The notes under the pieces are model-generated. The model was not told the DNA's origin. It ran no database searches and was given only the letters and a program-made list of their open reading frames with translations. 64,000 nucleotides of DNA from Gammaproteobacteria bacterium (GTDB taxonomy: Bacteria; Pseudomonadota; Gammaproteobacteria; UBA4575). The DNA lies in the NCBI GenBank assembly GCA_963662355.1, contig OY759361.1, positions 1,865,668 to 1,929,667 of the forward strand. The letters are read 5' to 3'. The translations under genes were made by a program, and so were the position numbers. Below, piece after piece: positions 37,142 through 49,135 of this stretch (position 1 is the stretch's first letter; every line of letters begins with the position of its first letter).

Positions 37142-38932
37142 TCATTTGTCCAGCGTTAATGCTGCTAAGAATGCTTCTTGCGGTATTCCCACCTTGCCAA
37201 TCTGCTTCATACGCTTCTTACCTGCTTTTTGTTTTTCAAGAAGCTTTTTTTTACGCGTGACATCGCCACCGTAACATTTCGCTGTAACATTTTTTCGTAA
37301 CGCCCGGGTCGTGGTTCTAGCAATAATTCTTGATCCAATAGCTGCCTGTATGGAAACATCGTACATCTGTCTTGGGATGGTCTCTTTCATTTTTTCTGCA
37401 AGACTTCTCCCGTAAGCTTCAGCCTGCCCCTTGTGTATGATCGTGGACAAGGCATCTACCCGCTCACCATTGATTAAGATATCAAGCTTTACCAAGGGTA
37501 CTACTGCGAAATGTGACAGATAATAATCAAATGACGCATAGCCCCGGCTGACAGATTTTAGTTTATCGAAAAAATCCAATGCGACTTCACTCAGTGGCAA
37601 TTCAAATACCAGAGAAACCTGATTACCGTGGTAATGCAAACTCTTTTGCGCACCTCGCCTTTCAATACACAAGGTAATCACATTCCCAATATGCTCATGT
37701 GGGACAAGTATAGATGCCTGGATAATTGGTTCCCTGACCTCCCTGATTTGGTTTACCGGCGGCAACGCAGAAGGATTGTGAATATATTGAATATTTCCAC
37801 TCGTAGTATGTACTTCATGTGCAACGGTAGGTGCAGTGGTGATTAGATCCAAAGCGTATTCACGCTCCAGACGCTCTTGAACAATCTCCATATGCAACAT
37901 ACCGAGAAAGCCACACCGAAACCCAAAACCCAGAGCATCTGATGTCTCAGGCTCATAGGTAAAGGCAGAGTCGTTTAGGCGAAGTTTTTCTAAAGCATTC
38001 CTAAACGATTCATAACCATTCGAATTGATCGGGAAAACACCTGCAAATACATTTGGCTGAATTTCCTTGAACCCAGCAAGAGGCTTGTCTGCCGGACTTG
38101 AGGCAGATGTGAAGGTATCTCCAACTTTTGCTGAAGAAATATCCTTGATTCCGCAAACGACATAGCCTACTTGTCCTGGTTGCAAAAAGCCTGTGTCAGT
38201 GCGTTTGGGCGTGAATATCCCCAACTTTTCGACCTGGTAGCTGTAGCCAGATGACATAGCCGTAATTTTTTGCTTGGCTTTGATTGATCCCTGTACCACA
38301 CGTACCAGTGATATCACACCAACATAACTGTCAAACCATGAGTCCACAACCAATGCCTTCAGGGGTCCCTGTTTAGAACCCGTTGGAGCAGGAAACCGAC
38401 GTACAATTGCTTCCAGCACATTTTCCACACCCTGGCCAGTCTTAGCGCTTACTAACAAGGGCTCTGACACATCAATACCAATTACCTCTTCAATTTCAGC
38501 GGCTACACGTTCGGGATCAGCAGACGGAAGATCGACCTTGTTGAGCACTGGTATGATTTCCAGACCCAAGGCAACAGCTGTATGACAGTTAGCGACACTT
38601 TGAGCTTCCACGCCTTGCGAAGCATCGACGATAAGGAGGGCACCTTCACAGGCTGCCAAGGAACGTGATACCTCGTATGAAAAATCGACGTGCCCAGGCG
38701 TATCAATGAAATTCAGTTGATAGTCCTGTCCATTCTTGGCCTCATACTGTAATGAGACGCTCTGGGCCTTAATGGTTATTCCGCGCTCACGCTCAAGATC
38801 CATGGAATCCAGCACTTGCTCACTCATCTCACGTTCGGACAAGCCTCCACAATGCTGGATAAAACGGTCAGCTAATGTAGATTTTCCATGGTCAATGTGG
38901 GCAATTATGGAAAAGTTGCGAATGTGCTCCAT
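37142..38932 (-). CDS. lepA: elongation factor 4 (LepA)
   Basis: 596-aa ORF with GTPase motifs [18 protein letters not shown] and the LepA C-terminal domain. Confidence 0.95.
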   Translation of the reverse strand: MEHIRNFSIIAHIDHGKSTLADRFIQHCGGLSEREMSEQVLDSMDLERERGITIKAQSVSLQYEAKNGQDYQLNFIDTPGHVDFSYEVSRSLAACEGALLIVDASQGVEAQSVANCHTAVALGLEIIPVLNKVDLPSADPERVAAEIEEVIGIDVSEPLLVSAKTGQGVENVLEAIVRRFPAPTGSKQGPLKALVVDSWFDSYVGVISLVRVVQGSIKAKQKITAMSSGYSYQVEKLGIFTPKRTDTGFLQPGQVGYVVCGIKDISSAKVGDTFTSASSPADKPLAGFKEIQPNVFAGVFPINSNGYESFRNALEKLRLNDSAFTYEPETSDALGFGFRCGFLGMLHMEIVQERLEREYALDLITTAPTVAHEVHTTSGNIQYIHNPSALPPVNQIREVREPIIQASILVPHEHIGNVITLCIERRGAQKSLHYHGNQVSLVFELPLSEVALDFFDKLKSVSRGYASFDYYLSHFAVVPLVKLDILINGERVDALSTIIHKGQAEAYGRSLAEKMKETIPRQMYDVSIQAAIGSRIIARTTTRALRKNVTAKCYGGDVTRKKKLLEKQKAGKKRMKQIGKVGIPQEAFLAALTLDK

Positions 38933-39013
38933 ATGGCTACCAGTCGAACTGAAAGACCTCTTATATTACAGATGTCTTTGAGTAAACAGGCTCCACCACT
39001 TCATCATGCCTGT

Positions 39014-40495
39014 CTATCCTTGTTTTTTGGGGATCCGCATGGCCAAAAATTCCGGACCACGTGCACGTTGCACAAGTAGAGACACAAATTTGCCTGCCGG
39101 CAGACCTTCTAAAAGATCTTTGAAATCACTAACCGTTTTAACGGACTTGCCATTGACCATCTGGATCACATCACCATTTCGAATTCCTGCAGTTTTTGCA
39201 GAATCCCCCTGTACGTCAAGTACCACAAGACCTCCTTCCTCCAGCTTCATTGCCTTGATTTCCTTTTCAGTGAGAGCACGAAGAGAAAGCCCCAAAACAG
39301 TGTCTGCCGATTCTTCCTCACTGCTTGAATCACTTGCAAGTATCTGGTCCTTTTCAGGCAACTGGCCCACCTTTAATTCAACGATCCTGGTTTTCCCATC
39401 GCGCATGACTTCCAAACTGACTTGTTCACCTGCTTTTGTCTGGCCAACCATGGGTGGCAATGCCGCAGAGTTTTTCACCTCCTTTCCGTTATAGCCCAGA
39501 ATAATATCTCCGACTTCTATGTCGGTATCTTCCGCAGGGCTGCTGGGCAAGACCTTGGCAACCAGTGCACCAGCAGGTTTATCCATACCAAACGATTCAG
39601 CAAGCTCCATAGTTACTTCCTGTATATAAACACCAAGCCACCCTCTAGATACATGGCCATGTGCTTTGAGTTGGTTAACAACATCTACTGCAACTTCTAT
39701 TGGAATTGCAAAAGAAAGGCCCATAAACCCTCCGGATCGAGTATAGATCTGGGAGTTAATGCCTACAACATGGCCATCAAGATCAAACAGAGGGCTACCC
39801 GAATTTCCAGGGTTGATTGCTACGTCAGTTTGAATAAAAGGGACATAGTTGTCACTCGGCAGGTTTCGGCCCTTGGCGCTTACAATTCCAGCTGTTGCCG
39901 ATGCATCGAACCCGAACGGTGATCCGATAGCCAATACCCATTGTCCCACCTTTACATTTTCAGAAGAACCAAGTTTTACTGTTGGCAATCCTGCAGCATC
40001 CAACTTCAGCAATGCTATATCGCTACGCGGGTCGTTGCCGATAACTTCGGCCACAAACTGTCTTCGGTCGCTTAACTTTACAATAATTTCGTCTGCATCT
40101 TTTATGACATGATGGTTGGTAATTACGTAGCCATCCTCTGAAATGATGAAACCAGAACCAAGTGAGCGGGAGTTGAAATATCTTTCTCCATTGTCTTCAG
40201 AATCACCAAAAAATCGATGGAAAAAATCACCGAACGGGCTGTCTTTGTAAAGTTCGGGAATATCCATGCCGGGGGGCAGACTACGGTGGGCTTGGGCTGG
40301 TTTGCTGGTGCTGATATTTACCACTGCATCAGCAGTTTCTTCAACAAGTTCAGTAAAATCCGGAAGGTTGTAGCGGGCGTGAACCGGAACAGCAATTAAT
40401 AATAATTGCCCGATCAAATAAATCGCTAAGACATTTCTAAATATCTGTCCATGCGCTGCCTGTACACTGGCATATTTTTTAAACAAATGATTCAT
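39014..40495 (-). CDS. degP: periplasmic serine endoprotease DegP/MucD (trypsin domain + 2 PDZ)
   Basis: 493-aa ORF with catalytic motif GNSGSPL and two PDZ regions; downstream of rseB. Confidence 0.9.
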   Translation of the reverse strand: MNHLFKKYASVQAAHGQIFRNVLAIYLIGQLLLIAVPVHARYNLPDFTELVEETADAVVNISTSKPAQAHRSLPPGMDIPELYKDSPFGDFFHRFFGDSEDNGERYFNSRSLGSGFIISEDGYVITNHHVIKDADEIIVKLSDRRQFVAEVIGNDPRSDIALLKLDAAGLPTVKLGSSENVKVGQWVLAIGSPFGFDASATAGIVSAKGRNLPSDNYVPFIQTDVAINPGNSGSPLFDLDGHVVGINSQIYTRSGGFMGLSFAIPIEVAVDVVNQLKAHGHVSRGWLGVYIQEVTMELAESFGMDKPAGALVAKVLPSSPAEDTDIEVGDIILGYNGKEVKNSAALPPMVGQTKAGEQVSLEVMRDGKTRIVELKVGQLPEKDQILASDSSSEEESADTVLGLSLRALTEKEIKAMKLEEGGLVVLDVQGDSAKTAGIRNGDVIQMVNGKSVKTVSDFKDLLEGLPAGKFVSLLVQRARGPEFLAMRIPKKQG

Positions 40496-40572
40496 TGCAA
40501 ATTGACTCCTGTAGCCAAGACAAATTTAAAAAGTTTTATACCAACAACAGAAAGTTGCAGACTTTGAGCTAG

Positions 40573-41556
40573 TTACTGGCTTGAATAAAAAACCGACTCA
40601 CCAATGCTTTTTACAGTGTTTTTAGGAACCTCGCCGATTACTGTAATCTGGTGCCTGTTTAAATCGCGCGCATACGCATTGATCACACCTCTATTATGTG
40701 CACCCTGATAGATATGCTTTGGATCATCTACCTTGCTGATGAACACAGAAACAGATGCCAAACCATCAGTCAGCACAATATGCTGGACCGGATTTTTACT
40801 TGCACTCATCAGACGTCTTGTGACACTGCTCAATGAAAAGCCTGGAGGCAGATTGCGAATCTTCCATGCACGATCAGGCTGCATTTCCCCATTTAGACCT
40901 GGTCCAGCAGTTTTCCATGTGTAGTCCTTCAGAGACGCACTATATTCGAACATTGAGTCCGGAACATCTTCAAGTAAACGAAAGCTGGTGAACATCATAC
41001 TTTCTATGGTCTCACCTTCTACATCAAAGGTCCTCGATTTAAGCAGCATCCCGGATTTGGTATTGATGCACAATTCATGACCATAGCGGTACGCATCCAA
41101 AGGCTCAAAACGCACAATTTTGCAGCTGAACCCGGCAATTCTGGATGAACCCGATTCCTTCAGCTTATAACGGAGTGCCAACTGCTCCAGATTCTCCAGC
41201 AGAGCGGATGGCAGACCATGACCTGCCCGGGCTGTCTCAATCACAACCAGCCTGTCTTTAGGCCATATACATGTGAGCACATCCTTATCCCGGATCACTT
41301 CACGTGCATCACCTGTAAGAGAAACCAGCTTTTCCCTGACACCATAATCTGAATAGCCATGGACAATCTGCATCGCTTCAACAATGCCGTCATGTATAAA
41401 CACAAATGTACCCTGATAATTACCTGTTTCCAGAGCATGATTCATGTCGTTCAGAAGCTTCCACATTTTATTTTCTGCAAAGACAGCAGTTGAACTGCTA
41501 GCCAGTAAAACAATAAGCAAAAGTCGAACAAATGGCATTTGTTTATTCATTACCAT
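40573..41556 (-). CDS. rseB: sigma-E regulatory protein RseB/MucB
   Basis: 327-aa ORF with signal peptide, co-linear with RseB; located after rseA. Confidence 0.85.
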   Translation of the reverse strand: MVMNKQMPFVRLLLIVLLASSSTAVFAENKMWKLLNDMNHALETGNYQGTFVFIHDGIVEAMQIVHGYSDYGVREKLVSLTGDAREVIRDKDVLTCIWPKDRLVVIETARAGHGLPSALLENLEQLALRYKLKESGSSRIAGFSCKIVRFEPLDAYRYGHELCINTKSGMLLKSRTFDVEGETIESMMFTSFRLLEDVPDSMFEYSASLKDYTWKTAGPGLNGEMQPDRAWKIRNLPPGFSLSSVTRRLMSASKNPVQHIVLTDGLASVSVFISKVDDPKHIYQGAHNRGVINAYARDLNRHQITVIGEVPKNTVKSIGESVFYSSQ

Positions 41557-42088
41557 ACTCAGGGTAGTCCCGGTTATGACTTACGATTCTCACATGAGGT
41601 ATAGATACACGCGGCGAGGCATATTCTGCATGGTTGACAATATAACTGTTAAAATCCTCTGCTGCTTTGGGGATTAACGTGAAATCCTGCAGACCTTCAT
41701 CGCCAGCATGCTCGGCAACTGCTGTCGGGGTCGGGCTGGACGGCAAGTCAGGCTGTATGACATTTTGTACGATAACAAGGGAAAACACGGTAACCAGGGC
41801 AGCTACACCTAGACCTATCGGTATTTTTAATTTGTTTAAACGGGTACTCCATACCGAACTTTCTGTATCCGGTTCGTTGTGCAGCCTATTCATGACTTCC
41901 TTGCTGAAATCATGGTTTAACCGGGCAGGTAATTCCCGGCGCATTGCATGACCGATAAGACTGTAACGCTGATAAGCAGAGTACAGTTCAGGGTCCAGCT
42001 CAATTTCTTTTAAAATACGCCGGACTTCAAATTCAGAGATATTTTCATCCAGCATTCTGGATACGAGTTCCTGATCAGCTTCCTTCAT
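41543..42088 (-). CDS. rseA: anti-sigma-E factor RseA/MucA
   Basis: 181-aa ORF with RseA N-terminal domain (ELVSRMLDENISE...), a single TM helix, and a position directly after rpoE. Confidence 0.8.
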   Translation of the reverse strand: MKEADQELVSRMLDENISEFEVRRILKEIELDPELYSAYQRYSLIGHAMRRELPARLNHDFSKEVMNRLHNEPDTESSVWSTRLNKLKIPIGLGVAALVTVFSLVIVQNVIQPDLPSSPTPTAVAEHAGDEGLQDFTLIPKAAEDFNSYIVNHAEYASPRVSIPHVRIVSHNRDYPEYGNE

Positions 42089-42108
42089 AATACGCTCGCC
42101 CTGTGTCT

Positions 42109-42681
42109 TCAGTGCAATAGTGGCTTTAGAGATTTATCGATGACTGCACGTGCGCGGAAAATCCTGGACCTTACCGTGCCAACTGGACACTCCATCACAC
42201 TGGCAATTTCATCATAGGTCATCCCTTCTATTTCACGCAGAGTAATGGCTGTCTTCAAATCCTCCTGTAACTCCTGAATCGCTTGCCAAACCGCCCTCTC
42301 AATCTCTTGAGTTAACATGTGTCCCTCAGGAGTCTCCAGTTCCTTCATTGAAGCTGCATCCATACGCTCTGCATCTTCAACATCAACCACACAGGCTGGA
42401 GTCCTGCGACCCTTTGATACTATATAATTCTTAGCAGAATTAATCACAACTTGATACAGCCACGTATAGAATGCACTATCACCTCGAAAATTTGCCAGGC
42501 CGCGATAGGCCTTGATAAAAGCCTCCTGTGCAATATCCTGAGCCTCATCTTCATCTTTCACAAAGCGCCCTGCCAGATTGATCACTTTATACTGATATTT
42601 GGTTACCAGTGCATCAAATGCTGTCTTGTCTCCTCGTTGAGCTCTTTTTACAAGCTCCTTATCATTATCACTTGCGCCCAT
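42109..42681 (-). CDS. rpoE: RNA polymerase sigma-24 factor (sigma-E)
   Basis: 190-aa ECF sigma factor with region 2 and region 4 motifs; divergent from nadB as in E. coli/Pseudomonas. Confidence 0.9.
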   Translation of the reverse strand: MGASDNDKELVKRAQRGDKTAFDALVTKYQYKVINLAGRFVKDEDEAQDIAQEAFIKAYRGLANFRGDSAFYTWLYQVVINSAKNYIVSKGRRTPACVVDVEDAERMDAASMKELETPEGHMLTQEIERAVWQAIQELQEDLKTAITLREIEGMTYDEIASVMECPVGTVRSRIFRARAVIDKSLKPLLH

Positions 42682-42862
42682 TTAGGCCTGGCTCCTGTAT
42701 CATGGCTGTCCATAGCTACGCCGTAGCTATAAGACAATTTTAAGGTATAAGAGTTCGTTCCAAACTTATTCTTGCTTTCAGGTGGTCCAGATTTGCTTAA
42801 CTGAGCGTACTCATTTATGACACAATTTAATTAGAAAACAACTATATTTTCACATTTTATTC

Positions 42863-44509
42863 ATGCATGAATTTGACGTCCTGATAATTGGCAGTGGAGC
42901 GGCCGGGTTAAGCTTGGCATTACGCATTGATCCCAGACTGAAAATTGCCGTGCTCTCCAAAGGCTCCCTTGATGCTGGCAGTACCGCTTGGGCACAGGGC
43001 GGAATTTCTGCAGTCATAGATGAGGAAGACTCGATTGATCAACATGTCGCAGATACCATGGATGCCGGTGCGGGGTTGTGTAACGAAAACGTGGTATCCC
43101 ACACTGTAGCCCACGGCAGGGAGATGATCACATGGCTCACAGACCTGGGCATTAAATTTACATGCGAGACAGCTTCAAATGGAAAATCTTATCTTCATTT
43201 AACCCGTGAAGGCGGGCACAGCCAACGCAGAATTGTGCACGCCGCCGATGCAACGGGTTGGGCCATACAGAATGAGCTCATCAAAAATGCATCTGAAAAA
43301 GAATATATTAAAATATTTGAACATCACATCACTATTGATCTCATTACTACACATAAGCTCTTTCAAAACCCGGGGGGTGGTATTCCTAACCAATGTGTCG
43401 GTGCTTATGTGCTGGATACACAAACGCAACGTGTGGAAACATTCAAGGCTAAATACACAGTGCTGGCAACCGGTGGAGCCAGTAAAGTTTACCTGTATAC
43501 AAGTAACCCGGATGGTGCATCGGGAGATGGTATCGCAATGGCGTGGCGTGCGGGCTGTCGCATTGCAAATATGGAATTCATCCAGTTCCACCCAACATGC
43601 CTGTATCACCCAAGTGCAAAATCATACTTGATCACAGAAAGCATTCGGGGTGAGGGTGGAAGACTTTTACTTCCTGATGGTTCAGAGTTTATGCATGAAT
43701 TTGACCCGCGTGGCGTACTCGCACCGCGTGACATTGTCGCACGAGCAATTGACCATAAGATGAAAAAACTTGGCATTGACTGTGTCTACCTGGACATCAG
43801 TCATAAACCGAAAAAGTTCATACAACGGCATTTCCCCAATGTCTTTGCACGTTGCCTGAAATCGGGTTACGACATGTCAAAGGAACCCGTACCTGTCGTA
43901 CCGGCTGCACATTACACCTGTGGCGGTGTCATGACAGACCTGCATGGTCGTACGGATATCCATTACTTATATGCAATAGGTGAGACTACCCACACTGGAT
44001 TACATGGTGCAAACCGTATGGCTAGCAACTCCCTGCTTGAATGCCTGGTATTTGCAAACTCGACAAGTAAGGATATCAACACCTGTCACCTTCCGGAAGT
44101 AGCAGATATTGATATCCCACCCTGGGATGAAAGCCGTGTAACAGAGGCTGACGAAGAAATTGTTGTTGCACATAACTGGGATGAACTGAGAAGGTTCATG
44201 TGGGATTATGTTGGTATTGTTCGGACTACGAAACGATTACAGCGAGCCAAACACCGTGTCGATTTGCTCATTGCAGAAATTGACGAGTATTACAGCAATT
44301 TTCGAGTAAGCAGTGACCTGATAGAATTAAGAAATATAACCCTGGTCGCAGAAATCATTATCAGAAGTGCACTATCCAGAAAAGAAAGTCGCGGCCTGCA
44401 CTACACTATGGACTACCCTGCCGCAGACTCCCGCCTGGAGTACACTGACACTGTACTAGACCCTGGAGCAGAGTCCAATACAGTAAACTCAATGTACATG
44501 GTCTCCTGA
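42863..44509 (+). CDS. nadB: L-aspartate oxidase
   Basis: 548-aa ORF with FAD motif [16 protein letters not shown] and the fumarate reductase/succinate dehydrogenase flavoprotein fold. Confidence 0.9.
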   Translation: MHEFDVLIIGSGAAGLSLALRIDPRLKIAVLSKGSLDAGSTAWAQGGISAVIDEEDSIDQHVADTMDAGAGLCNENVVSHTVAHGREMITWLTDLGIKFTCETASNGKSYLHLTREGGHSQRRIVHAADATGWAIQNELIKNASEKEYIKIFEHHITIDLITTHKLFQNPGGGIPNQCVGAYVLDTQTQRVETFKAKYTVLATGGASKVYLYTSNPDGASGDGIAMAWRAGCRIANMEFIQFHPTCLYHPSAKSYLITESIRGEGGRLLLPDGSEFMHEFDPRGVLAPRDIVARAIDHKMKKLGIDCVYLDISHKPKKFIQRHFPNVFARCLKSGYDMSKEPVPVVPAAHYTCGGVMTDLHGRTDIHYLYAIGETTHTGLHGANRMASNSLLECLVFANSTSKDINTCHLPEVADIDIPPWDESRVTEADEEIVVAHNWDELRRFMWDYVGIVRTTKRLQRAKHRVDLLIAEIDEYYSNFRVSSDLIELRNITLVAEIIIRSALSRKESRGLHYTMDYPAADSRLEYTDTVLDPGAESNTVNSMYMVS

Positions 44510-44518
44510 AATACCTTG

Positions 44519-45067
44519 CTAAATACTGCTTTTCAGCAGATGGATGCGATAGTACCTGAGTTCTTCTATGGAGCCACGGATATCATCCAAGGCTAGGTGT
44601 CTGGACTCCTTTTCAAAGTTTTTCGTATCAGGATACCAACGCTGTGCAAGCTCCTTCAGCGTACTGACATCAAGATTCCGGTAGTGGAAATAGCTTTCTA
44701 GTTCGGGCATAAATCGTGCCAAGAACCGTCTGTCCTGACAAATGCTGTTGCCGCACATAGGCGAGCCATTGCTTGGCACATATTGACGAATGAAATTCAA
44801 AACCGCTTTTTCTGCCTGTCTTTCATTGATCGAACTGTTTTTCACACGCTCAGTCAACCCTGATTGTGCATGCTGTTTTGTATTCCAGTCATCCATGGAA
44901 TCTAATACAGAATCTTCCTGATGAATTGCCATAACAGGCCCAACTGCCAGCTCTTCCAAGTTCCCACTGGTCACAACTGCCGCTATTTCAATAATGTGAT
45001 CCTTAAATGGGTTGAGACCTGTCATTTCCAAGTCTATCCAAACCAGATTACCAGAACTCATAGGCAT
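44519..45067 (-). CDS. orn: oligoribonuclease
   Basis: Co-linear with E. coli Orn from [18 protein letters not shown]. The ORF as called (to 45160) has a 31-aa N-terminal extension that is probably not translated. Confidence 0.85.
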   Translation of the reverse strand: MPMSSGNLVWIDLEMTGLNPFKDHIIEIAAVVTSGNLEELAVGPVMAIHQEDSVLDSMDDWNTKQHAQSGLTERVKNSSINERQAEKAVLNFIRQYVPSNGSPMCGNSICQDRRFLARFMPELESYFHYRNLDVSTLKELAQRWYPDTKNFEKESRHLALDDIRGSIEELRYYRIHLLKSSI

Positions 45068-45207
45068 TCGCTTTTCGATGTTTTCGACATGATACACAGG
45101 GCAGAAATTTATTACACAACTCTTGCAGATACATAAATTTCTCTGGGTAACGCCACGCATTACACAGAGGTAACTGCAGGCACAGAAAATTCTGTATTTG
45201 TAAATTC

Positions 45208-45834
45208 TTAGTAGCTTTTTCGCCCGGCAAAAGCTTGTGCAATCGTGTTTTGATCTACAAACTCCAGTTCCCCGCCGATAGGCACGCCTTGGGCCAAGCG
45301 CGTTGTCTGAACATTCTGCTTGCCTGCTATTTCACTTAGCACATGAGCGGTGACTTCACCCTCAACAGTGGAATTCGTTGCTAAAATCAGCTCCTCGACT
45401 GTATCCTTCTTAAGGCGGTCTTCAAGTATATTCAGGCCCAGTTCCTTGGGTCCAATACCATCAAGTGGAGATAGACGGCCCATCAGTACAAAATACAGAC
45501 CCTTGTAATCGGTACTTTTTTCTATTGCCAGTACATCCGCTGGGCTTTCCACCACACAGATCTTCGAACGAATGCGCGATGCATCCAGGCATATTGAGCA
45601 GTATTCATGCTCGGAAAATATACGACAAGCCTTGCAATGGCCAATTTCCCTGATTGCCCGGCTCAAGGTATCCGCCAAGGTTTTTGCCCCATCCCGGTTA
45701 CGCTGTAACAAGTGAAAAGCCATGCGTTGTGCAGACTTCGGCCCAACACCTGGCAAACATCTCAGGGACTCAATCAGTAAATCCAGTAGTGACGGAGCAG
45801 ACCCAGAACCATTACTGAAATAACTTGCAGCCAT
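45208..45834 (-). CDS. recR: recombination protein RecR
   Basis: 208-aa ORF with HhH, C4 zinc finger ([16 protein letters not shown]) and Toprim domain. Confidence 0.9.
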   Translation of the reverse strand: MAASYFSNGSGSAPSLLDLLIESLRCLPGVGPKSAQRMAFHLLQRNRDGAKTLADTLSRAIREIGHCKACRIFSEHEYCSICLDASRIRSKICVVESPADVLAIEKSTDYKGLYFVLMGRLSPLDGIGPKELGLNILEDRLKKDTVEELILATNSTVEGEVTAHVLSEIAGKQNVQTTRLAQGVPIGGELEFVDQNTIAQAFAGRKSY

Positions 45835-45839
45835 GTGGG

Positions 45840-46172
45840 TTAAAAAGGCAGCTTCAGTCCACCAGGCAAGTCCAAACCACCTGTCAAACTGGAAAGCTGA
45901 TCCTTGGTTAACTGCTCCACTTTGTTCGACGCATCGTTCATTGCAGCAACAAGCAGATCCTCCAGCATGTCCCTGTCATCATCCAGTAGGCTATCCTCTA
46001 TACACACTTTTCGCACTTCATGTTTTCCAGTCATCACTATTTTCACAAGTCCGCCACCAGCCTGCCCTTCCACTTCGAGGTTTTTTAACTCTTCCTGTGC
46101 CTTTTTCATGTCTTGCTGCATTTTCTGCGCCTGCTTCATCAGGTTTCCTAGTCCACCTTGCATCATAGTCAT
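45840..46172 (-). CDS. ybaB: nucleoid-associated protein YbaB/EbfC
   Basis: 110-aa ORF (GGLGNLMKQAQKMQQDMKKAQEEL...). Confidence 0.9.
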   Translation of the reverse strand: MTMMQGGLGNLMKQAQKMQQDMKKAQEELKNLEVEGQAGGGLVKIVMTGKHEVRKVCIEDSLLDDDRDMLEDLLVAAMNDASNKVEQLTKDQLSSLTGGLDLPGGLKLPF

Positions 46173-47749
46173 TCTCCAATGGGCTTTACCGATCCGGGGA
46201 TAATCTCTGCACCAAAATTCAACTTAAGTGCCTTTATCGCTTCATCTTCTTCCACGAGCTTTTCCGCTAAAGACTGTCTTTGCTCCATCATTTGATCCTT
46301 CTTTTTGGCTGGAGTCTCAATATCATCTGAACAAAGCTCAATTTTCAGCCTGATTTCTTCATGATTAAAACAGACCTGCACAGCATGCTCCAGCTTTCGC
46401 CGGGTGCTTTCTGCGGCCATGCTTTCGTGCTGCTTCGCAAGATTCAGGACAAGACAACTGTCACTTGCTTCACGTACGCTGCAGCGTGAAGCTAGCTCCT
46501 GGACAGCACCTTTCAGATTCATATTTGCAACCACATTCGACCAACATCCACTTCGAACAAGATCCTCAATAGTATAGCTTGTTACCCGCTCTGCCATTTC
46601 TTGGGCATCCCGTTTAGCAGTGTCCACATGTACAATCGACCGTTCAGTCTTGTCAGCGGCTTGATCTGCTAGCCTGAATGAAAGCATGCGCAAAAACGTC
46701 ATTTCCAGAGCACTCTGCTGCGAAGTGGCTAGATACAGGTCGCGCTTGCCAATCAGGGCTATCTGATAATATAGCTGTACATCTTCAGGGGTTAATTGTT
46801 TGCTCAGTTTATCTACCAGGGCCTTATCAGGTTCTATGGAATCGCTGGAATGTGGCACAGCCTGTGCAATTGCGGTTTGATGCAAAATATCGATTATGTC
46901 CTCGAACAGGCCGTTGAAGTCAGCAGACAATTGTGCCAACTCATGCGTGCACTGCATGATCGTCGAAGCATCTTCGCCAGCCAAAGCATTCATCAGCTTA
47001 TGCAAATATTCTCTTGGTACAGTGCCCAACATTTCATGTATAGCGCTGTCCGTGACATTTTCTTCACTGTATGCAATGGCCTGATCAAGCAAACTTAGTG
47101 CATCTCGCATACTGCCATCTGACACTCTTGAAATCGAGCGCAGGGCAGACTTTTCAAACGGCACATTCTCAGCTCGCATGAGATCTTCAAGGTGCTGAAC
47201 CATTGCATCACTTGGCAATTTTCTCAAATTAAATTGCAAACAGCGCGATAACACGGTCATCGGCAACTTTTGAGGATCAGTTGTGGCCAGTAGAAACTTT
47301 ACATGCGGGGGAGGCTCTTCCAATGTCTTCAGCAACGCGTTAAAACTATGCCCAGATAACATGTGAACCTCATCAATCAGATACACCTTGAAACGACCCC
47401 GGGTCGGACTGTATTGCACGTTATCCAGCAACTCTCGAGTATCCTCTACTTTGGTGCGAGAAGCTGCATCAACTTCTATGAGATCAATATGTCGACCCTC
47501 ATCAATTTCCTGACAGGCACTACACGTCGCACAAGGACTTGCACTTGCACCCTGCTCACAATTCAGACACTTTGCAAAAATTCGAGCTAACGTGGTTTTT
47601 CCGACACCACGTGTGCCTGTAAACAGATAGGCATGATGCAGTCGTTGCTGGTCTAGAGCATTGGCTAATGCTTTCACAACATGAGTCTGGCCTACAACCT
47701 CAGTAAATTTTTTGGGCCGCCACTTGCGTGCCAGTGCTTGATAACTCAT
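46169..47749 (-). CDS. dnaX: DNA polymerase III subunit gamma/tau
   Basis: 526-aa ORF with AAA+ motifs GTRGVGKTT and a C4 zinc module (CATCSAC). Confidence 0.9.
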   Translation of the reverse strand: MSYQALARKWRPKKFTEVVGQTHVVKALANALDQQRLHHAYLFTGTRGVGKTTLARIFAKCLNCEQGASASPCATCSACQEIDEGRHIDLIEVDAASRTKVEDTRELLDNVQYSPTRGRFKVYLIDEVHMLSGHSFNALLKTLEEPPPHVKFLLATTDPQKLPMTVLSRCLQFNLRKLPSDAMVQHLEDLMRAENVPFEKSALRSISRVSDGSMRDALSLLDQAIAYSEENVTDSAIHEMLGTVPREYLHKLMNALAGEDASTIMQCTHELAQLSADFNGLFEDIIDILHQTAIAQAVPHSSDSIEPDKALVDKLSKQLTPEDVQLYYQIALIGKRDLYLATSQQSALEMTFLRMLSFRLADQAADKTERSIVHVDTAKRDAQEMAERVTSYTIEDLVRSGCWSNVVANMNLKGAVQELASRCSVREASDSCLVLNLAKQHESMAAESTRRKLEHAVQVCFNHEEIRLKIELCSDDIETPAKKKDQMMEQRQSLAEKLVEEDEAIKALKLNFGAEIIPGSVKPIGE

Positions 47750-47782
47750 TGCGGAATCTACGTAGACTTTCCCGTTTTAAAA

Positions 47783-47882
<100 letters not shown>

Positions 47883-48129
47883 GATGCTGATACAGACCGC
47901 TTTATGACTATAACCTAACAGTTTGAATTTTTAAAACACATATGGTTGTCATGAGAATCGACCTGTTGATAGGGTCATCCCCACAGTAAATTATTACAGA
48001 CAGCTTGCAGGCTTATATTTGGCTACCTGATGCGGTACTTGCCGAACATCTCTAACAACTGATGGAATTGCCTGCAGAAACCAGCTTTTTCTGATGCATT
48101 TCAGTTCCATAAAACCATCCTGCAGGAGT

Positions 48130-48313
48130 TCTAACAGGTCACGTTCCGCAAGAAAGTCTATTAGGGCATCCCTGCTCTGCAATCAGACCAGGATAAATGG
48201 CTGCAGCACTATGATCATAAGCGCACCTACCAGGGAAAAATGTGCTGTGGAAAAACCCCATGGCCACCCTAGAAGATGGCAAACTCATCTGGAAAGAGAA
48301 GTTTATACACTGA
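48130..48313 (+). pseudogene. frameshifted 3' remnant of a DDE (integrase-core) IS transposase gene
   Basis: Translation gives ...ALQSDQDKWLQHYDHKRTYQGKMCCGKTPW then, after a 1-nt deletion (about 48260), ATLEDGKLIWKEKFIH*. This is the conserved C-terminal tail of IS481-like/integrase-core transposases; upstream frames are broken by stops and there is no N-terminal part. Confidence 0.55.
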
Positions 48314-48780
48314 ACCTGGATGACAACCACTGACGCCAAAATCGGTACCTGTCAGACCGGTCTGAATCGCTACATATAATGATATCCAACACCGTGCTCT
48401 TTGAATCTACAGTTTGATTCATCGATTTTTTTCTGCTCTTTCCGAAGCATCTGAGCGCCACAAATAATTCTAATCTCTCGATTTTGTATTAAAAACTGAA
48501 AATGACAACTCTACCGCATCAAGAACCCTATCAATATCTTTTCATGAACTATCTGTACTCTATGAGGCCTTGGTAAGTCATCATAGGTGTACGCATCAGG
48601 TAAGTCTCCACGAAGCTTCTTTTGACACTTTGAGTATATTTCGATCATTTAAATACCATTCTCAAATGTACATGGCAGTACGAGGCACTAAATCGTTGAT
48701 TCATGTAAAGATCGATTGCTGACAAAATGCTGACATGAATTTTTATGAGCTGCTTATAGTACTATAAAATATTGATTTTA

Positions 48781-48818
48781 TTGGAGCTGTCGACAGGATT
48801 TGAACCTACGATCTGTTG
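48781..48818 (-). other. tRNA-like 3' fragment (T-arm GGTTCAAATCC plus acceptor end GACAGCTCCA) without a matching 5' half, a possible att-site remnant
   Basis: The reverse complement reads ...caacagatcgtaGGTTCAAATCCtgtcgacagctccaa. No complementary 5' acceptor strand lies within 100 nt. The surrounding DNA is AT-rich. Confidence 0.4.
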
Positions 48819-48826
48819 ATTACAAA

Positions 48827-49135
48827 CTACTTGCTGAGTGGAAGGCCAAATAAAATCTCTAGAGCTTGACGCCTAAATTCAGGTTTGTTAGGGGTTGATG
48901 TAGCTACCATGACCTGCTCCATACAAAGGATACGTTTAGACTCTAAAACTCCAGGATTAATTGCCGGATATCCATATTTCCATGGATACCCATGTAAAAG
49001 GCGGGGATCAAAACAATCAGCAGAGATGCCATAACCAATCAACTCAATGGCTATTTTTAAAGGATCTCCTTTAGGTTGATGTGCAGCCACTTGAGAAGTC
49101 AGGACAATCGACAAGAGGATTGCAAATCGGGACAT
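48827..49135 (-). CDS. hypothetical small secreted protein (102 aa)
   Basis: ORF with signal-peptide-like N-terminus (MSRFAILLSIVLTSQVAA) inside the AT-rich scar; no motif. Confidence 0.35.
   Translation of the reverse strand: MSRFAILLSIVLTSQVAAHQPKGDPLKIAIELIGYGISADCFDPRLLHGYPWKYGYPAINPGVLESKRILCMEQVMVATSTPNKPEFRRQALEILFGLPLSK

Noticed and set aside
45068-45160. N-terminal 31-aa extension of orn; the same issue applies to icd (51259-51270) and folP (36148-36177)
   Set aside because: Orthologue N-termini align with internal Met codons, so the longest-ORF starts are probably not used.
47994-48182. 62-aa minus-strand ORF in the IS-remnant region
   Set aside because: It lies in degenerate AT-rich DNA overlapping the transposase remnant, with no RBS and no recognisable motif. 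It is likely a chance ORF.
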